A DNA stretch of 64,000 nucleotides from Bacillales bacterium UBA4100 (GTDB lineage Bacteria; Bacillota; Bacilli; Paenibacillales; UBA4045): NCBI GenBank assembly GCA_002383285.1, contig DFXU01000049.1:8558-72557 (forward strand), read 5' to 3'. A program made the position numbers and the translations under genes. This document shows positions 18,739-28,964 of the stretch, piece by piece. Under the pieces are notes generated by a model that saw only the letters and a program-made list of their open reading frames with translations, was not told the origin of the DNA and did not search any database. The first letter of the stretch is position 1; every line of letters starts with the position of its first letter.

Positions 18739-19368
18739 ATGGGGCAAGAGATATTAAAGGTTGCAATGCCAAAGGGCAGAATATATAAGCAAGCATCGAA
18801 GCTGTTTCGGGAAGCGGGCTTTCCGATACCTGAGGATTTCGATGAGTCACGAAGGCTGATCCTTCCGTTACCAGAGGCTGGACTAGAGTTTATTATGGCT
18901 AAACCGGCGGATGTTGCTACTTTCGTGGAGTATGGTGTAGCGGATATAGGTATCGTTGGTAAGGATGTTCTGATGGAAGAGGACCGTGCTGTCTATGAAT
19001 TAATAGATCTTGGCATTGCCAGGTGTCGGATGTCGGTCATCGGCATGCCAGACTGGAAGCCTGTCATGCATCCGCGAGTTGCAACCAAGTATCCGAACGT
19101 AGCATCGCGCTACTTCCGCGAAATTGGCCAACAGGTGGAGATTATTAAGCTGAACGGCTCGATTGAGTTAGCGCCAATGATTGGCTTAGCTGATCGTATT
19201 GTGGATATGGTCGAATCCGGGCAGACCATTCGTGATAACGGACTGCTAGAGATGGAGAAGATGTTCGATGTAACATCCCGTCTCATTGCTAACCGTGTTA
19301 GTTATCGAATGAAGAACGAAACGATTCAAGCGTTATGTGATCGTCTGCAATTGGCGATACGCTTATAG
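18739..19368 (+). CDS. hisG: ATP phosphoribosyltransferase (short form)
   Basis: [15 protein letters not shown]… matches the HisG N-terminus. ~209 aa, i.e. the HisZ-dependent form. Confidence 0.9.
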   Translation: MGQEILKVAMPKGRIYKQASKLFREAGFPIPEDFDESRRLILPLPEAGLEFIMAKPADVATFVEYGVADIGIVGKDVLMEEDRAVYELIDLGIARCRMSVIGMPDWKPVMHPRVATKYPNVASRYFREIGQQVEIIKLNGSIELAPMIGLADRIVDMVESGQTIRDNGLLEMEKMFDVTSRLIANRVSYRMKNETIQALCDRLQLAIRL

Positions 19369-19403
19369 ATAAGTTGATGAAGTGAACGGAGGAATGACGC
19401 GAT

Positions 19404-20696
19404 ATGAAGATAATGTCGGCTGAGGATTTTACTTTTACGAGAGCTGTTGAATATGGTACTGAAGCGCAGAATGAGACAGTTAAGGAACTGATTACAGCTG
19501 TACGTAATGAAGGCGATGCTGCTGTTAGAAGGTTTACGGAGCAATTCGATGGGGTTAAGCTAGCGGATTTCAGAGTAGCAGAAGCGGAGCTGCAAGCAGC
19601 CTACGAGCAGGTAGATCATGCTTTCCTTATAGCGCTTCGCCAGGCGGCTCATAACATTCGAGAATTTCACGAGAAGCAGAAGCGGAATGCCTGGTTTGAT
19701 CTTCAACCGAATGGCTCAATGGTTGGTCAGACGATACGCCCTCTGCAACGGGTAGGTGTCTATGTTCCAGGTGGTAAGGCTTCTTATCCGTCGTCTGTGC
19801 TGATGAATGTTCTACCTGCACAGGTGGCTGGCGTACAGGAGATTGTCATGGTTACTCCTCCCGCTACAGGCGGCAAGGAAGGTATTGATCCTTATATCTT
19901 AGTAGCCGCAGCAGAAGCGGGTGTGAAGGAGATGTACCGGATTGGTGGGGCACAAGCTATTGCTGCCCTTGCTTATGGGACAGAGTCGATTAAACCTGTT
20001 GATAAAATTGTAGGACCGGGCAATATATTCGTCGCCTTAGCTAAGCGGTATGTATTCGGTGTTGTTGATATAGATAGCATAGCTGGACCGAGTGAAATTG
20101 TTGTGCTTGCGGACGATACTGCGAATCCGGCTTATATTGCAGCAGATTTGCTATCGCAGGCGGAGCATGATGAGATGGCTTCGGCTGTTCTTGTCACGCC
20201 ATCAGCTCGTCTTGCGGAGGCGGTTCGCATTGAAGTTGGGAAGCAGTTAGCCATATTACCAAAGCGTGATATAGCTGTTCAATCGATCGAGAATAATGGT
20301 GTAATCTTACTAGTCAATGATCTGCAAGAAGGCATTCAGGTCATTAATCGACTTGCGCCTGAGCATCTTGAGATTATGCTGAACTCTCCATTAGAGTATG
20401 TTGGTCAGATTGTGAATGCAGGTGCCATATTCCTTGGTTCTTATAGCGCAGAGGCCGTTGGTGATTATTACGCCGGACCTAATCACATTCTGCCAACGAA
20501 TGGAACAGCTCGTTTCTCCTCACCGCTTAATGTCGATGATTTCCTCAAGAAGCAAAGCTTGATTTACTATAGTAAGGAAGCGCTTATGGCAAACGGTGAT
20601 GCAATTATGACACTGGCAAGGCATGAAGGTCTTGAAGGTCATGCCCGTGCTATCGAAATCCGTATGAAGGAAGAGGGAGCTCTCAATGGCGAATAA
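19404..20696 (+). CDS. hisD: Histidinol dehydrogenase
   Basis: 430 aa with HisD motifs (…IAGPSEIVVLAD…AEHD…) and operon context. Confidence 0.95.
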   Translation: MKIMSAEDFTFTRAVEYGTEAQNETVKELITAVRNEGDAAVRRFTEQFDGVKLADFRVAEAELQAAYEQVDHAFLIALRQAAHNIREFHEKQKRNAWFDLQPNGSMVGQTIRPLQRVGVYVPGGKASYPSSVLMNVLPAQVAGVQEIVMVTPPATGGKEGIDPYILVAAAEAGVKEMYRIGGAQAIAALAYGTESIKPVDKIVGPGNIFVALAKRYVFGVVDIDSIAGPSEIVVLADDTANPAYIAADLLSQAEHDEMASAVLVTPSARLAEAVRIEVGKQLAILPKRDIAVQSIENNGVILLVNDLQEGIQVINRLAPEHLEIMLNSPLEYVGQIVNAGAIFLGSYSAEAVGDYYAGPNHILPTNGTARFSSPLNVDDFLKKQSLIYYSKEALMANGDAIMTLARHEGLEGHARAIEIRMKEEGALNGE

Positions 20697-21300
20697 GGAA
20701 CAAGTAGACAATGTAGTAAGGACATCATCTGTTTCGCGCAGAACGAATGAAACGGATATTCAGCTGACTTTTGGCGTTGACGGAACTGGAATTAGCTCAT
20801 TGGAGACAGATGTGCCGTTCCTTAATCACATGCTGGATTTATTCACGAAGCATGGCAAGTTTGATCTTGATGTCATTGCCAAGGGCGATATTGAGGTCGA
20901 TGATCACCATACAACTGAGGACATTGGTATATGTCTTGGGCAGACCCTGTTGAAGGCGTTAGGTGACAAGAGAGGTATTCGTCGTTATGCGAGCGTATTC
21001 GTACCAATGGACGAGGCTCTGGCACAGGTCATCATTGATGTGAGTAATCGCCCTCATCTGGAGTATCGTGCAGAATTCCCTTCTAAACAAGTTGGCAGCT
21101 TCGAGGTAGAGCTGGTACATGAGTTTCTATGGAAATTTGCGCTTGAGGCACGGATCACGCTTCACGTCATCGTCCATTATGGTCACAATACGCATCACAT
21201 GGTAGAAGCTATCTTCAAGGCGCTCGGCAGAGCCCTGGATGAAGCAACCTCCATAGATCCACGAGTTCAAGGTGTTCCTTCTACGAAGGGAGTGCTCTAG
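20686..21300 (+). CDS. hisB: Imidazoleglycerol-phosphate dehydratase
   Basis: RRTNETDI…, DDHHTTEDIGI and HHMVEAIFKALGRAL motifs. Confidence 0.95.
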   Translation: MANKEQVDNVVRTSSVSRRTNETDIQLTFGVDGTGISSLETDVPFLNHMLDLFTKHGKFDLDVIAKGDIEVDDHHTTEDIGICLGQTLLKALGDKRGIRRYASVFVPMDEALAQVIIDVSNRPHLEYRAEFPSKQVGSFEVELVHEFLWKFALEARITLHVIVHYGHNTHHMVEAIFKALGRALDEATSIDPRVQGVPSTKGVL

Positions 21301-21303
21301 CAA

Positions 21304-21909
21304 TTGATAGCCATTATCGATTACGGCATGGGCAATTTGCATAGTGTGAGTAAAGCTGTGGAACGGCTCGGTTACGAGGCTGTAATTACTGCAGATCACA
21401 CGCAGATTATGTCTGCTGCAGGAGCGATTCTTCCCGGGGTTGGAGCCTTCGGTGATGCAATGCAGAATTTACGGCTAACAGGTCTTGATGAGATTACCCG
21501 ACGATATGCTGCTTCTGGCAAGCCGCTGCTCGGGATTTGCTTAGGGATGCAGCTATTGTTCACACAGAGTGAAGAGCATGGTACCCATGAAGGGCTGGGG
21601 CTGCTTCCAGGTGAAGTTAATCGATTCCGAGGAAGCTATAAGATTCCACATATGGGCTGGAATCGATTGAAATTTAATCAAGAGAGTGCATTATTCCAAG
21701 GAGTGGAGGAAGGTTATGTCTACTTTGTGCACTCCTTCCATGCGAATGTACAGCGTCAGTCGGATTTGCTAGCCACAACAGACTACCATCAAGCTGTAAC
21801 GGCTATCGTAGGTAATGACAATATATACGGCATGCAATTTCATCCTGAGAAGAGCGGTGATATTGGTATGCATTTGTTAAAAAATTTCTTGAAGCTAGCA
21901 ATCGTTTAA
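21304..21909 (+). CDS. hisH: Imidazole glycerol phosphate synthase, glutaminase subunit
   Basis: IAIIDYGMGNLHSV, GICLGMQLL (catalytic Cys), QFHPEKS. TTG start. Confidence 0.95.
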   Translation: MIAIIDYGMGNLHSVSKAVERLGYEAVITADHTQIMSAAGAILPGVGAFGDAMQNLRLTGLDEITRRYAASGKPLLGICLGMQLLFTQSEEHGTHEGLGLLPGEVNRFRGSYKIPHMGWNRLKFNQESALFQGVEEGYVYFVHSFHANVQRQSDLLATTDYHQAVTAIVGNDNIYGMQFHPEKSGDIGMHLLKNFLKLAIV

Positions 21910-21946
21910 ATAAGACTTAAATAAAGTGTAGAAGGGCAGAGATCCA

Positions 21947-22729
21947 TTGCGATTTAGACCGTGTATTGATATTCATCAAGGGAAAGTGAAGCAAATAGTA
22001 GGTGAAACGCTAAGTGCTTCTAGCAATGATGTCATTGAGAATTTTGTGAGTGATAGGGACCCTGGTTACTATGCGTCCATGTATAAGCAGGATCAGCTAA
22101 GTGGAGGACATATCATTATGCTAGGGGAGGGTAATGAGGCCGCAGCGGCTGAGGCCCTTGCTGCATATCCGGGTGGCATGCAAATTGGCGGAGGTATCAC
22201 AGCGGATAATGCTGAGCGATATTTAGAATTGGGAGCCTCTCATGTCATTGTTACCTCTTATGTCTTTCAGAATGGTGAGCTGAATAGCGCGAATTTAAAT
22301 AACATCGTTGCGAGAATCGGTAAAGAACGCTTAGTCATAGATTTGAGCTGCAAGGAGCTGGATGGTAAATGGGTCGTGGTTACGAATCAATGGAAGACCT
22401 ATAGTAACTTTGAAGTTAATCAAGTAAACATTAATCAGCTCGAAGGTTATTGTGATGAATTCTTAGTTCATGCTGTGGATGTAGAAGGCAAGCGCACAGG
22501 AGTGCAGCAATCCTTAGCTCGGCAGCTGGCCGAATGGGTTAGAATACCGACGACTTACGCTGGTGGGGCACGTTCGATAGATGATTTGCAATTATTCAAT
22601 GAACTAACTGCAGGGAAGCTGGATATCACCATTGGCAGTGCATTAGATATATTCGGCGGTGAGCTGTCCTACAGAGAAGTAGTTGACTACTGTAACATGC
22701 TCCGCCCAGAAGGAGAATTCAAATGCTAG
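21947..22729 (+). CDS. hisA: ProFAR isomerase of the eukaryotic HIS6 type (hisA position)
   Basis: Occupies the hisA slot between hisH and hisF. The sequence ([19 protein letters not shown]…GGGI…HVIVTSYVF…VIDLSC…NQWKT…[11 protein letters not shown]…[11 protein letters not shown]…[16 protein letters not shown]) follows my recollection of yeast His6 rather than the bacterial HisA pattern. TTG start. Confidence 0.8.
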   Translation: MRFRPCIDIHQGKVKQIVGETLSASSNDVIENFVSDRDPGYYASMYKQDQLSGGHIIMLGEGNEAAAAEALAAYPGGMQIGGGITADNAERYLELGASHVIVTSYVFQNGELNSANLNNIVARIGKERLVIDLSCKELDGKWVVVTNQWKTYSNFEVNQVNINQLEGYCDEFLVHAVDVEGKRTGVQQSLARQLAEWVRIPTTYAGGARSIDDLQLFNELTAGKLDITIGSALDIFGGELSYREVVDYCNMLRPEGEFKC

Positions 22730-23481
22730 CCAAACGAATTATACCTTGTTTAGATGTGAAGGATGGCCGAGTTGTTAAAGGCGTAAATTTTATTAATTTG
22801 CGAGATGCAGGAGATCCTGTAGAGCTAGCGGCGATCTATGATAAGGAGGGTGCTGATGAGCTTGTGTTCTTAGATATCTCAGCCTCCGTAGAGGGTCGCT
22901 CCACGATGGTGGAGGTCGTGAAGAGAACAGCAGGTGAAATCACAATTCCGTTCACGGTAGGTGGCGGTATCTCGCATGTCGATGATATGACGAGGCTGCT
23001 TCGGGCAGGTGCTGACAAGATTGGTATCAATACAGCAGCTGTGAACAACCCTAAGCTCATATCCGATGGAGCGCGCAGATTTGGTTCGCAGTGTATTGTT
23101 GTCGCCATTGATGCGAAGTACAATGAAGCATGGGGTGAGTGGGAGGTTTATACTCACGGTGGACGAACACCAAGCGGTATTCGCGCATTGGCGTGGGTGA
23201 AGCAGATCGAGAGCTTAGGCGCAGGTGAAATTCTCCTAACAAGTATGGACGCGGATGGAACGAAGGATGGGTTCGATATTAAGCTCACTCGTGCGATCTC
23301 TGATCTAATCTCGATCCCGGTTATTGCTTCTGGTGGAGCGGGGACGGCTGAACACTTCTTCAACGTATTCGAGGAAGGTCACGCAGATGCTGGTCTAGCA
23401 GCCACCATCTTTCATTATAAAGAATTAACAATTGAACAAGTGAAGGCTCATTTGAAGCTTAGAGGAGTGGAAATTAGATGA
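22723..23481 (+). CDS. hisF: Imidazole glycerol phosphate synthase, cyclase subunit
   Basis: [18 protein letters not shown]… and SGGAG motifs typical of HisF. Confidence 0.95.
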   Translation: MLAKRIIPCLDVKDGRVVKGVNFINLRDAGDPVELAAIYDKEGADELVFLDISASVEGRSTMVEVVKRTAGEITIPFTVGGGISHVDDMTRLLRAGADKIGINTAAVNNPKLISDGARRFGSQCIVVAIDAKYNEAWGEWEVYTHGGRTPSGIRALAWVKQIESLGAGEILLTSMDADGTKDGFDIKLTRAISDLISIPVIASGGAGTAEHFFNVFEEGHADAGLAATIFHYKELTIEQVKAHLKLRGVEIR

Positions 23482-24182
23482 TGGAACAGAATAATAGGGA
23501 ACAGACGCTATTCACATTAGAGCAGCTAATGACAGCAATTCGATGGGATGAGCAGGGACTTGTCTCGACGATCGTTCAAGATGCCAATAGCAAGGATGTA
23601 CTCATGCTGGCTTACATGAATAAGGATTCCTTACAGCAGTCGATCAACAGTGGCCAGACTTGGTTCTGGAGCCGTTCACGGAATGAGCTGTGGAATAAAG
23701 GAGCTACCTCTGGACATACGCAGACCATCAGCTGGTTAAGGTACGATTGTGATGCGGATGCGCTCTTAATTGGTGTAGAGCAGACGGGTGCTGCATGTCA
23801 TACGAGCAATAAAAGCTGCTTCTATAGGCAGGCTGACCTAACGACAGGTGGACCATCCTCTATGGTTGAGGAATTAGCGTCCAATCCTGCGATGATCTTG
23901 TCGACGCTGCAAGCGACAATCGCTGAGCGGGACGAGCTTCGTCCAGAGGGTGCGTATACGACTTACCTGTTCGAGAAGGGTATTGATAAAATACTGAAAA
24001 AGGTTGGCGAGGAAACAGCTGAGGTTATCATTGCTGCGAAAAATCGCGATAAAGAAGAGCTTCGTTATGAGAGCTCTGATCTAATATTTCATCTAATGGT
24101 GCTGTGGCGTGAGAGTGGTCTGTCCCTAGAAGCTGTATTGGAAGAGCTAAGCAATCGACATCTGAAGAAGAAGGTGGAGTAA
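23478..24182 (+). CDS. hisI: Bifunctional phosphoribosyl-AMP cyclohydrolase / phosphoribosyl-ATP pyrophosphatase
   Basis: An N-terminal HisI domain (…[19 protein letters not shown]…CD.D…) fused to a C-terminal HisE (…[19 protein letters not shown]…[12 protein letters not shown]). Confidence 0.9.
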   Translation: MMEQNNREQTLFTLEQLMTAIRWDEQGLVSTIVQDANSKDVLMLAYMNKDSLQQSINSGQTWFWSRSRNELWNKGATSGHTQTISWLRYDCDADALLIGVEQTGAACHTSNKSCFYRQADLTTGGPSSMVEELASNPAMILSTLQATIAERDELRPEGAYTTYLFEKGIDKILKKVGEETAEVIIAAKNRDKEELRYESSDLIFHLMVLWRESGLSLEAVLEELSNRHLKKKVE

Positions 24183-24190
24183 CGACGACG

Positions 24191-24997
24191 ATGTTCATAG
24201 ACTATCACACTCATCATGCTCGTTGTGGTCATGCGATCGGTTCATTGGAGGAATATGTGCTACAGGGTATTGAAATTGGCTTAGATCAGCTGGGATTATC
24301 CGATCATATGCCATTGTTACATGTGGATCCTGCTACCTATTACACGGGAATGGCTATGCCCATGAATGAATTGTCGAGGTACTTCGAAGAATGTGTATAC
24401 CTTAAGGAGCAATATAAGGAACAGATTGATATTCGGATCGGACTAGAAGGCGACTACATTGAGGGCTATGAGGAGCAGATCGAGCGTATTGTTACCAGCT
24501 ATCCATGGGATTACGTGATTGGCTCGGTCCATTTTCTCGGAGAATGGGATATCTCGGACTCTCGCCAGCTGCATGGCTGGGAGGGGCGTCGTGTAGCTGA
24601 TGTATATGAGCACTACTATTCGATGGTGCAGAAGGCAGCGAGTACTGGCTTTTATCATTATCTTGGGCATCTTGATGTCATTAAACGTTTCGGAAAAATA
24701 CCAGAAGTAGATATGTGGGACGTAGAGAAACAAACTGTGGATATCATTAAGGATAATGATTTGGCAATCGAGCTTAACGCCTCAGGGCTGCGTATGCCGT
24801 GTGAGGAGATGTTCCCAAGCCTTCGAATATTACAATATTGCTTGGAGAGGAATGTGCCGTTGACGGTAGGCTCTGACGCTCATCAGCCAACACGTCTATC
24901 GCAGAATTTGGATATTGCAGTCGATTTGTTGAAAGGAATTGGTTTTCAACAACTGGCTACGTTCAAGGCAGGTAAACGGGTAATGGTTAATATATAG
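24191..24997 (+). CDS. hisJ: PHP-family histidinol-phosphatase (HisJ/HisK type)
   Basis: The N-terminal DYHTHH motif and PHP-domain histidines are present. It is the last gene of the his operon. Confidence 0.85.
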   Translation: MFIDYHTHHARCGHAIGSLEEYVLQGIEIGLDQLGLSDHMPLLHVDPATYYTGMAMPMNELSRYFEECVYLKEQYKEQIDIRIGLEGDYIEGYEEQIERIVTSYPWDYVIGSVHFLGEWDISDSRQLHGWEGRRVADVYEHYYSMVQKAASTGFYHYLGHLDVIKRFGKIPEVDMWDVEKQTVDIIKDNDLAIELNASGLRMPCEEMFPSLRILQYCLERNVPLTVGSDAHQPTRLSQNLDIAVDLLKGIGFQQLATFKAGKRVMVNI

Positions 24998-25019
24998 GAC
25001 CACACAAGGAATGAATGGT

Positions 25020-25057
25020 GGGGCTGTCCCAAAAGTCTAAATGACTGGGACAGCCCC
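25020..25057. terminator. 12-bp stem hairpin between convergent genes (bidirectional terminator candidate)
   Basis: GGGGCTGTCCCA (25020..25031) pairs with TGGGACAGCCCC (25046..25057). The U-tracts are weak on both sides. Confidence 0.6.
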
Positions 25058-25078
25058 CATTCTTATTAGCGGTCGTTC

Positions 25079-26692
25079 TTATTCCCCGTATAGAATATAC
25101 TGGGCGATATTCTTACTATGATCGCCTACACGCTCAAGATTACTTAGGATATCAATGTAGATTGCACCTGAATTCCCTGTGCATAGATTTTCATTCAACC
25201 GATTAATATGTCCTTGGCGATACAACCGCTCCATACGATCCAGCTCCGACTCATACTCCAATACAAGTGTAGCTGCCTTCTTATCATTATGCTCAAGAGC
25301 ATACAGTGCAGTCTCGACTGTTTTATCAGTTAATTCTAGCATTTTCCTAAGATCCTGCAGTGCATCCTCTGAGAAGTCAACCTTATTAGCAATGCTGGAT
25401 TCAGCCAATTCCACGATATTCTCGGCATGGTCGCCGATCCGTTCAATATCATTAATCGTCTGCATCAAGGTGGATGCAATTCCGGATTCACCCTCTGGTA
25501 AACCATTCTGATGAATTTTCACCATGTAGGCTGTAATTTTGCGATCTAATTCATTAACAAGCTGCTCCTTCTGAAATGCGAGCTGAGCGATCTTCTCGTC
25601 CTTGGTAAAGAAATAATTAGAGGCATCTTGCAGGGTTTCCCTTGCATAACCTCCCATTCGTAGGATTTCATGCTGGGCTTGTCCCAAGGCAATAGATGGC
25701 GTTTCTAATAATCGAGGATCCAAAAACTTAGGTTTAAATTCAATTTCCTGCATCTTACCGGGTATTATCTTCGTGACAAGCCAAGCTAATACAGGCACTA
25801 ATGGCAGGAAGATCAGTGTATTCGTAACGTTGAAAGTACCATGTGCATAGGCAATCTGCATCCGGATATTCACATCGTCGCCTAACCACAGAACGAAGCG
25901 ATAAACAGGAGTTAGTGCAAGCGTGAATAGAATCGTTCCTGTTATATTGAAGATGACGTGAACAAGCGCAGCTCGTTTGGCGGCTACTGTTGCACCAATT
26001 GCTGCGAGCACTGCTGTGATTGTAGTCCCGATATTATCACCGAATAGCACGGGTAATGCTGCACGGAGATTGATAATGCCTTCATCAGCAAGTGTTTGTA
26101 GAATTCCGATTGTTGCACTCGAGCTCTGAACTATCATGGTGAACACCGTTCCTACGATAACACCCAATACAGGATTGTGCGATAAGTCCACCATAAAGTT
26201 AGTGAAGATAGGTAATTCACGGAGTGGCTTGAGTCCGCCGCCCATGGTCGCTAGTCCAAGGAATAATGTACCAAACCCGAATACAATTTGTCCCATATAT
26301 TGGTATGATTTTTTCTTCATGAAGAAGAGAAGGAATGCACCGACAGCAATAATCGGTAACGCATAGTTTTCGATCTTGATTCCTACAATAAATGCTGTCA
26401 TCGTAGTTCCGATATTAGCTCCTAGAATGACACCAATACCCTGTCGTAAAGTCATGAGTCCGGCGTTGATTAGACCTATAGCCATTACTGTTGTACCCGT
26501 TGATGTCTGGATCAATATGGTCACAATGATACCAACAAGCACACCAAGTAGAGGATTAGATGTATATGTAGCTAACAAGTTCCTCATTTTGTCCCCAGCT
26601 GTTTTCTGTAGACCATCCGACATGTATTTAATTCCGAATAGAAAAATTCCTAGACCACCAACAAATTTAAAAAGTACATCCTGCCAATCCAT
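25079..26692 (-). CDS. Na+/phosphate cotransporter family protein with C-terminal PhoU-like repeats
   Basis: Na/Pi-cotransporter repeats (…GANIGTT…, …GDNIGTT…) and PhoU-like ERIGDHAENI / ERVGDHSKNI. The ATG at 26692 follows GGGAGGA; the longer track ORF adds an unsupported 35 aa. Confidence 0.85.
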   Translation of the reverse strand: MDWQDVLFKFVGGLGIFLFGIKYMSDGLQKTAGDKMRNLLATYTSNPLLGVLVGIIVTILIQTSTGTTVMAIGLINAGLMTLRQGIGVILGANIGTTMTAFIVGIKIENYALPIIAVGAFLLFFMKKKSYQYMGQIVFGFGTLFLGLATMGGGLKPLRELPIFTNFMVDLSHNPVLGVIVGTVFTMIVQSSSATIGILQTLADEGIINLRAALPVLFGDNIGTTITAVLAAIGATVAAKRAALVHVIFNITGTILFTLALTPVYRFVLWLGDDVNIRMQIAYAHGTFNVTNTLIFLPLVPVLAWLVTKIIPGKMQEIEFKPKFLDPRLLETPSIALGQAQHEILRMGGYARETLQDASNYFFTKDEKIAQLAFQKEQLVNELDRKITAYMVKIHQNGLPEGESGIASTLMQTINDIERIGDHAENIVELAESSIANKVDFSEDALQDLRKMLELTDKTVETALYALEHNDKKAATLVLEYESELDRMERLYRQGHINRLNENLCTGNSGAIYIDILSNLERVGDHSKNIAQYILYGE

Positions 26693-26817
26693 GTTAATCC
26701 TCCCTGAGTATGTAGCTGATATGAATGCAACGAATACAGTATAAACTATTTCGACAAGAAATAGCCTAATTTCTTTACAAAATCTTAATACTTTCATTTT
26801 TATTGCAATTCAAACAC

Positions 26818-26845
26818 CACAAAAATAACACAATTAAACATAAAA
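26818..26845 (+). repeat. Copy 1 of a 28-bp A/C-rich motif (CACAAAAATAACACAATTAAACATAAAA)
   Basis: Hand alignment gives 22/28 identity to copy 2. Lies in the TRAP upstream region. Confidence 0.35.
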
Positions 26846-26932
26846 CGCTTCTCTCTCCCAAATAAAGTGCTTTCAGTGGATCGGTGAATGCATGATGTGA
26901 TAATGGAAGTAAGAAACCGCCATATGTACCAT

Positions 26933-26960
26933 CACAAAAAATTACAAATTAAACGCAAAT
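26933..26960 (+). promoter_or_regulatory. Copy 2 of the 28-bp motif, upstream of the TRAP dctQM promoter (-10 TACAAT at 26992..26997)
   Basis: CACAAAAAATTACAAATTAAACGCAAAT. The motif start is 59 nt before the -10 hexamer, the same distance as for copy 3. The -35 region is poor, as expected for an activator-dependent promoter. Confidence 0.45.
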
Positions 26961-27031
26961 TTCAGCCATGTTCATGCTTTGTGTAAGCCTTTACAATAAA
27001 AGTGCGGCGCACAAGAAGGGAGAATGAACAT

Positions 27032-27547
27032 ATGCTTCAAATTTGGAGAACGATAAGAGCTGTGGCGTTAACGATTGATCGAATTGTTGAAGGATTTGCA
27101 CTCAGTGCATTAGCTGCTATGACGATCATTGTGACGATGCAGGTTGTAACACGTAAGCTATTTAACTTTGTATTCTTCTGGTCAGAGGAGATTACCTTAT
27201 TACTCTTAATCTGGTTTTCGATTCTCGGCATTGCGATCGGATTTCGTGAGAAGCTTCACCTGTCGATGAATGCGTTCATGAACCGATTCCCCGCATCGTG
27301 GAACAAAGTTATGGATAAGATTATTGGCAGCTGCACATTCATGTTCGGTATATACTTCATCGTCTATGGCTGGGATTTCACTGTCATGATGCATGCGAAT
27401 ACGCTATCTGCGACAGAATGGCCAGTGAGTGTGATGTATATCGTCATGCCAATAACGGGAGTCATGATCTGCTTCTACTCCTTCCTAGACTTAATCGGTG
27501 TGAATACGGTGCGTTATCAGCATCTAGAGGAAGGTGCAGTTAAATGA
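27032..27547 (+). CDS. TRAP transporter small permease (DctQ family)
   Basis: ~170-aa four-TM protein directly upstream of, and overlapping, the DctM gene. ATG 27032 follows GGGAG. Confidence 0.8.
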   Translation: MLQIWRTIRAVALTIDRIVEGFALSALAAMTIIVTMQVVTRKLFNFVFFWSEEITLLLLIWFSILGIAIGFREKLHLSMNAFMNRFPASWNKVMDKIIGSCTFMFGIYFIVYGWDFTVMMHANTLSATEWPVSVMYIVMPITGVMICFYSFLDLIGVNTVRYQHLEEGAVK

Positions 27548-28839
27548 CAACAACGATGATTGCTGTTATTATCTTAGCAGCTAGCTTCATTGGATTGATT
27601 CTACTCCGCTTTCCAATTGCTATGGTCTTGACACTTGCTTCATTATTCACAGCAATGTATCTAGGAATCCCTCTAGCTATTATCGGACAACGTATGATAC
27701 AGGGGATGAATTCGTATACGTTGCTCGCGATTCCCTTCTTTATATTAGCGGGTCAGATTATGAGTGAAGGTGGACTAGCATTACGATTAATTAATCTTGC
27801 TCAATTAACAGTAGGGGCTATACGCGGTGGGCTTGCAATGGTTAACTGTGTAGCTTGTATGCTATTCGGTAATATTAGTGGTTCAGCAGCTGCTGATGTC
27901 TCCTCAATTGGATCTGTCATGATCCCGATGATGAAGAAGAAGGGCTATGATGCTGATTATTCAGTTGCAGTTACATCCTCCGCAGCCATTCAAGGTGTGG
28001 TCATGCCGCCAAGCCATAATATGATTCTGTATGCACTAGCTGCAGGAGGCGTATCGATATCTAGTCTATTCCTAGCAGGTATCATTCCTTGCCTTATCTT
28101 ATTGGCTGGATTGATGACGACCTCTTATGTAATCGCTCGTAAGCGAGGATATGAGAAGGGTGAGCCCGTAGTTGTCAAGGAAATACCGAAGATACTAAAG
28201 GACGGATTCCTCTCCATGATGACAGGTGTAATTATTCTAGGTGGTATATTATCTGGATGGTTCACTGCTACAGAATCTGGAGCGATGGCCTGTGTATATG
28301 CATTTATTCTAACGTTCTTCGTTTACAAGGATCTTCCGTTATCGCATGTAAAGGTTATATTCCTGAAGACATTCCGAACGGTGGCCATGGTATTATTCCT
28401 AATTGCCTCCTCGAATGCTTTCGCTTGGATTTTAACGTACTTGAAGATTCCTGCCATGCTGACCGATGTACTATTGGGGGTATCTGACAATGCCTTCATT
28501 ATTTTATTAATTATCAACATTCTACTGCTAGTATTAGGTGCACCGCTTGATATGGCTCCACTAATTCTAATCATGACACCTATTCTCTACCCCGTAGTAA
28601 CGGCACTTGGAATGGATCCTGTGCATTTCGGTATTATTCTCATACTTAACTTAGGTATCGGGTTAATCACACCGCCTGTAGGCACGGTTCTCTTCGTAGG
28701 CTGCGCAATTGGTAAGGTATCTATTGAAAAAGGTTCGAGAGCGCTAGTTCCTTTCTTCTTTGTAATGGTTGCAGTATTGCTATTACTAACCTACGTTCCT
28801 GGTATTGTAATGTGGCTACCAAATCTGGTTTACGGATGA
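27544..28839 (+). CDS. TRAP transporter large permease (DctM family)
   Basis: 431-aa polytopic protein with DctM-like content. The start overlaps the dctQ stop (ATGA). Confidence 0.85.
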   Translation: MTTTMIAVIILAASFIGLILLRFPIAMVLTLASLFTAMYLGIPLAIIGQRMIQGMNSYTLLAIPFFILAGQIMSEGGLALRLINLAQLTVGAIRGGLAMVNCVACMLFGNISGSAAADVSSIGSVMIPMMKKKGYDADYSVAVTSSAAIQGVVMPPSHNMILYALAAGGVSISSLFLAGIIPCLILLAGLMTTSYVIARKRGYEKGEPVVVKEIPKILKDGFLSMMTGVIILGGILSGWFTATESGAMACVYAFILTFFVYKDLPLSHVKVIFLKTFRTVAMVLFLIASSNAFAWILTYLKIPAMLTDVLLGVSDNAFIILLIINILLLVLGAPLDMAPLILIMTPILYPVVTALGMDPVHFGIILILNLGIGLITPPVGTVLFVGCAIGKVSIEKGSRALVPFFFVMVAVLLLLTYVPGIVMWLPNLVYG

Positions 28840-28857
28840 TAGACCCATCAGCTAAAC

Positions 28858-28885
28858 ACAAAATATCACAAATTAATGCAAAGAT
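28858..28885 (+). promoter_or_regulatory. Copy 3 of the 28-bp motif, upstream of the dctP promoter (-10 TATAAT at 28917..28922)
   Basis: CACAAAATATCACAAATTAATGCAAAGA. The first 20 nt match copy 2 at 18/20. The motif start is 59 nt before the -10 hexamer. Confidence 0.45.
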
Positions 28886-28964
28886 TATCCCATACCACGC
28901 TGAATGCGCTTTCAATATAATTAAGGCAGCTTGAAATCGCAATATATAAAGGGAGGAAATAAAG

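Noticed and set aside
26693-26797. N-terminal 35-aa extension of the Na/Pi cotransporter, and similar extensions at 16647, 27002, 47632, 49241, 51857 and 57796
   Set aside because: In each case an internal start with a proper Shine-Dalgarno sequence matches the conserved protein N-terminus. The upstream extension overlaps a neighbouring gene or promoter.
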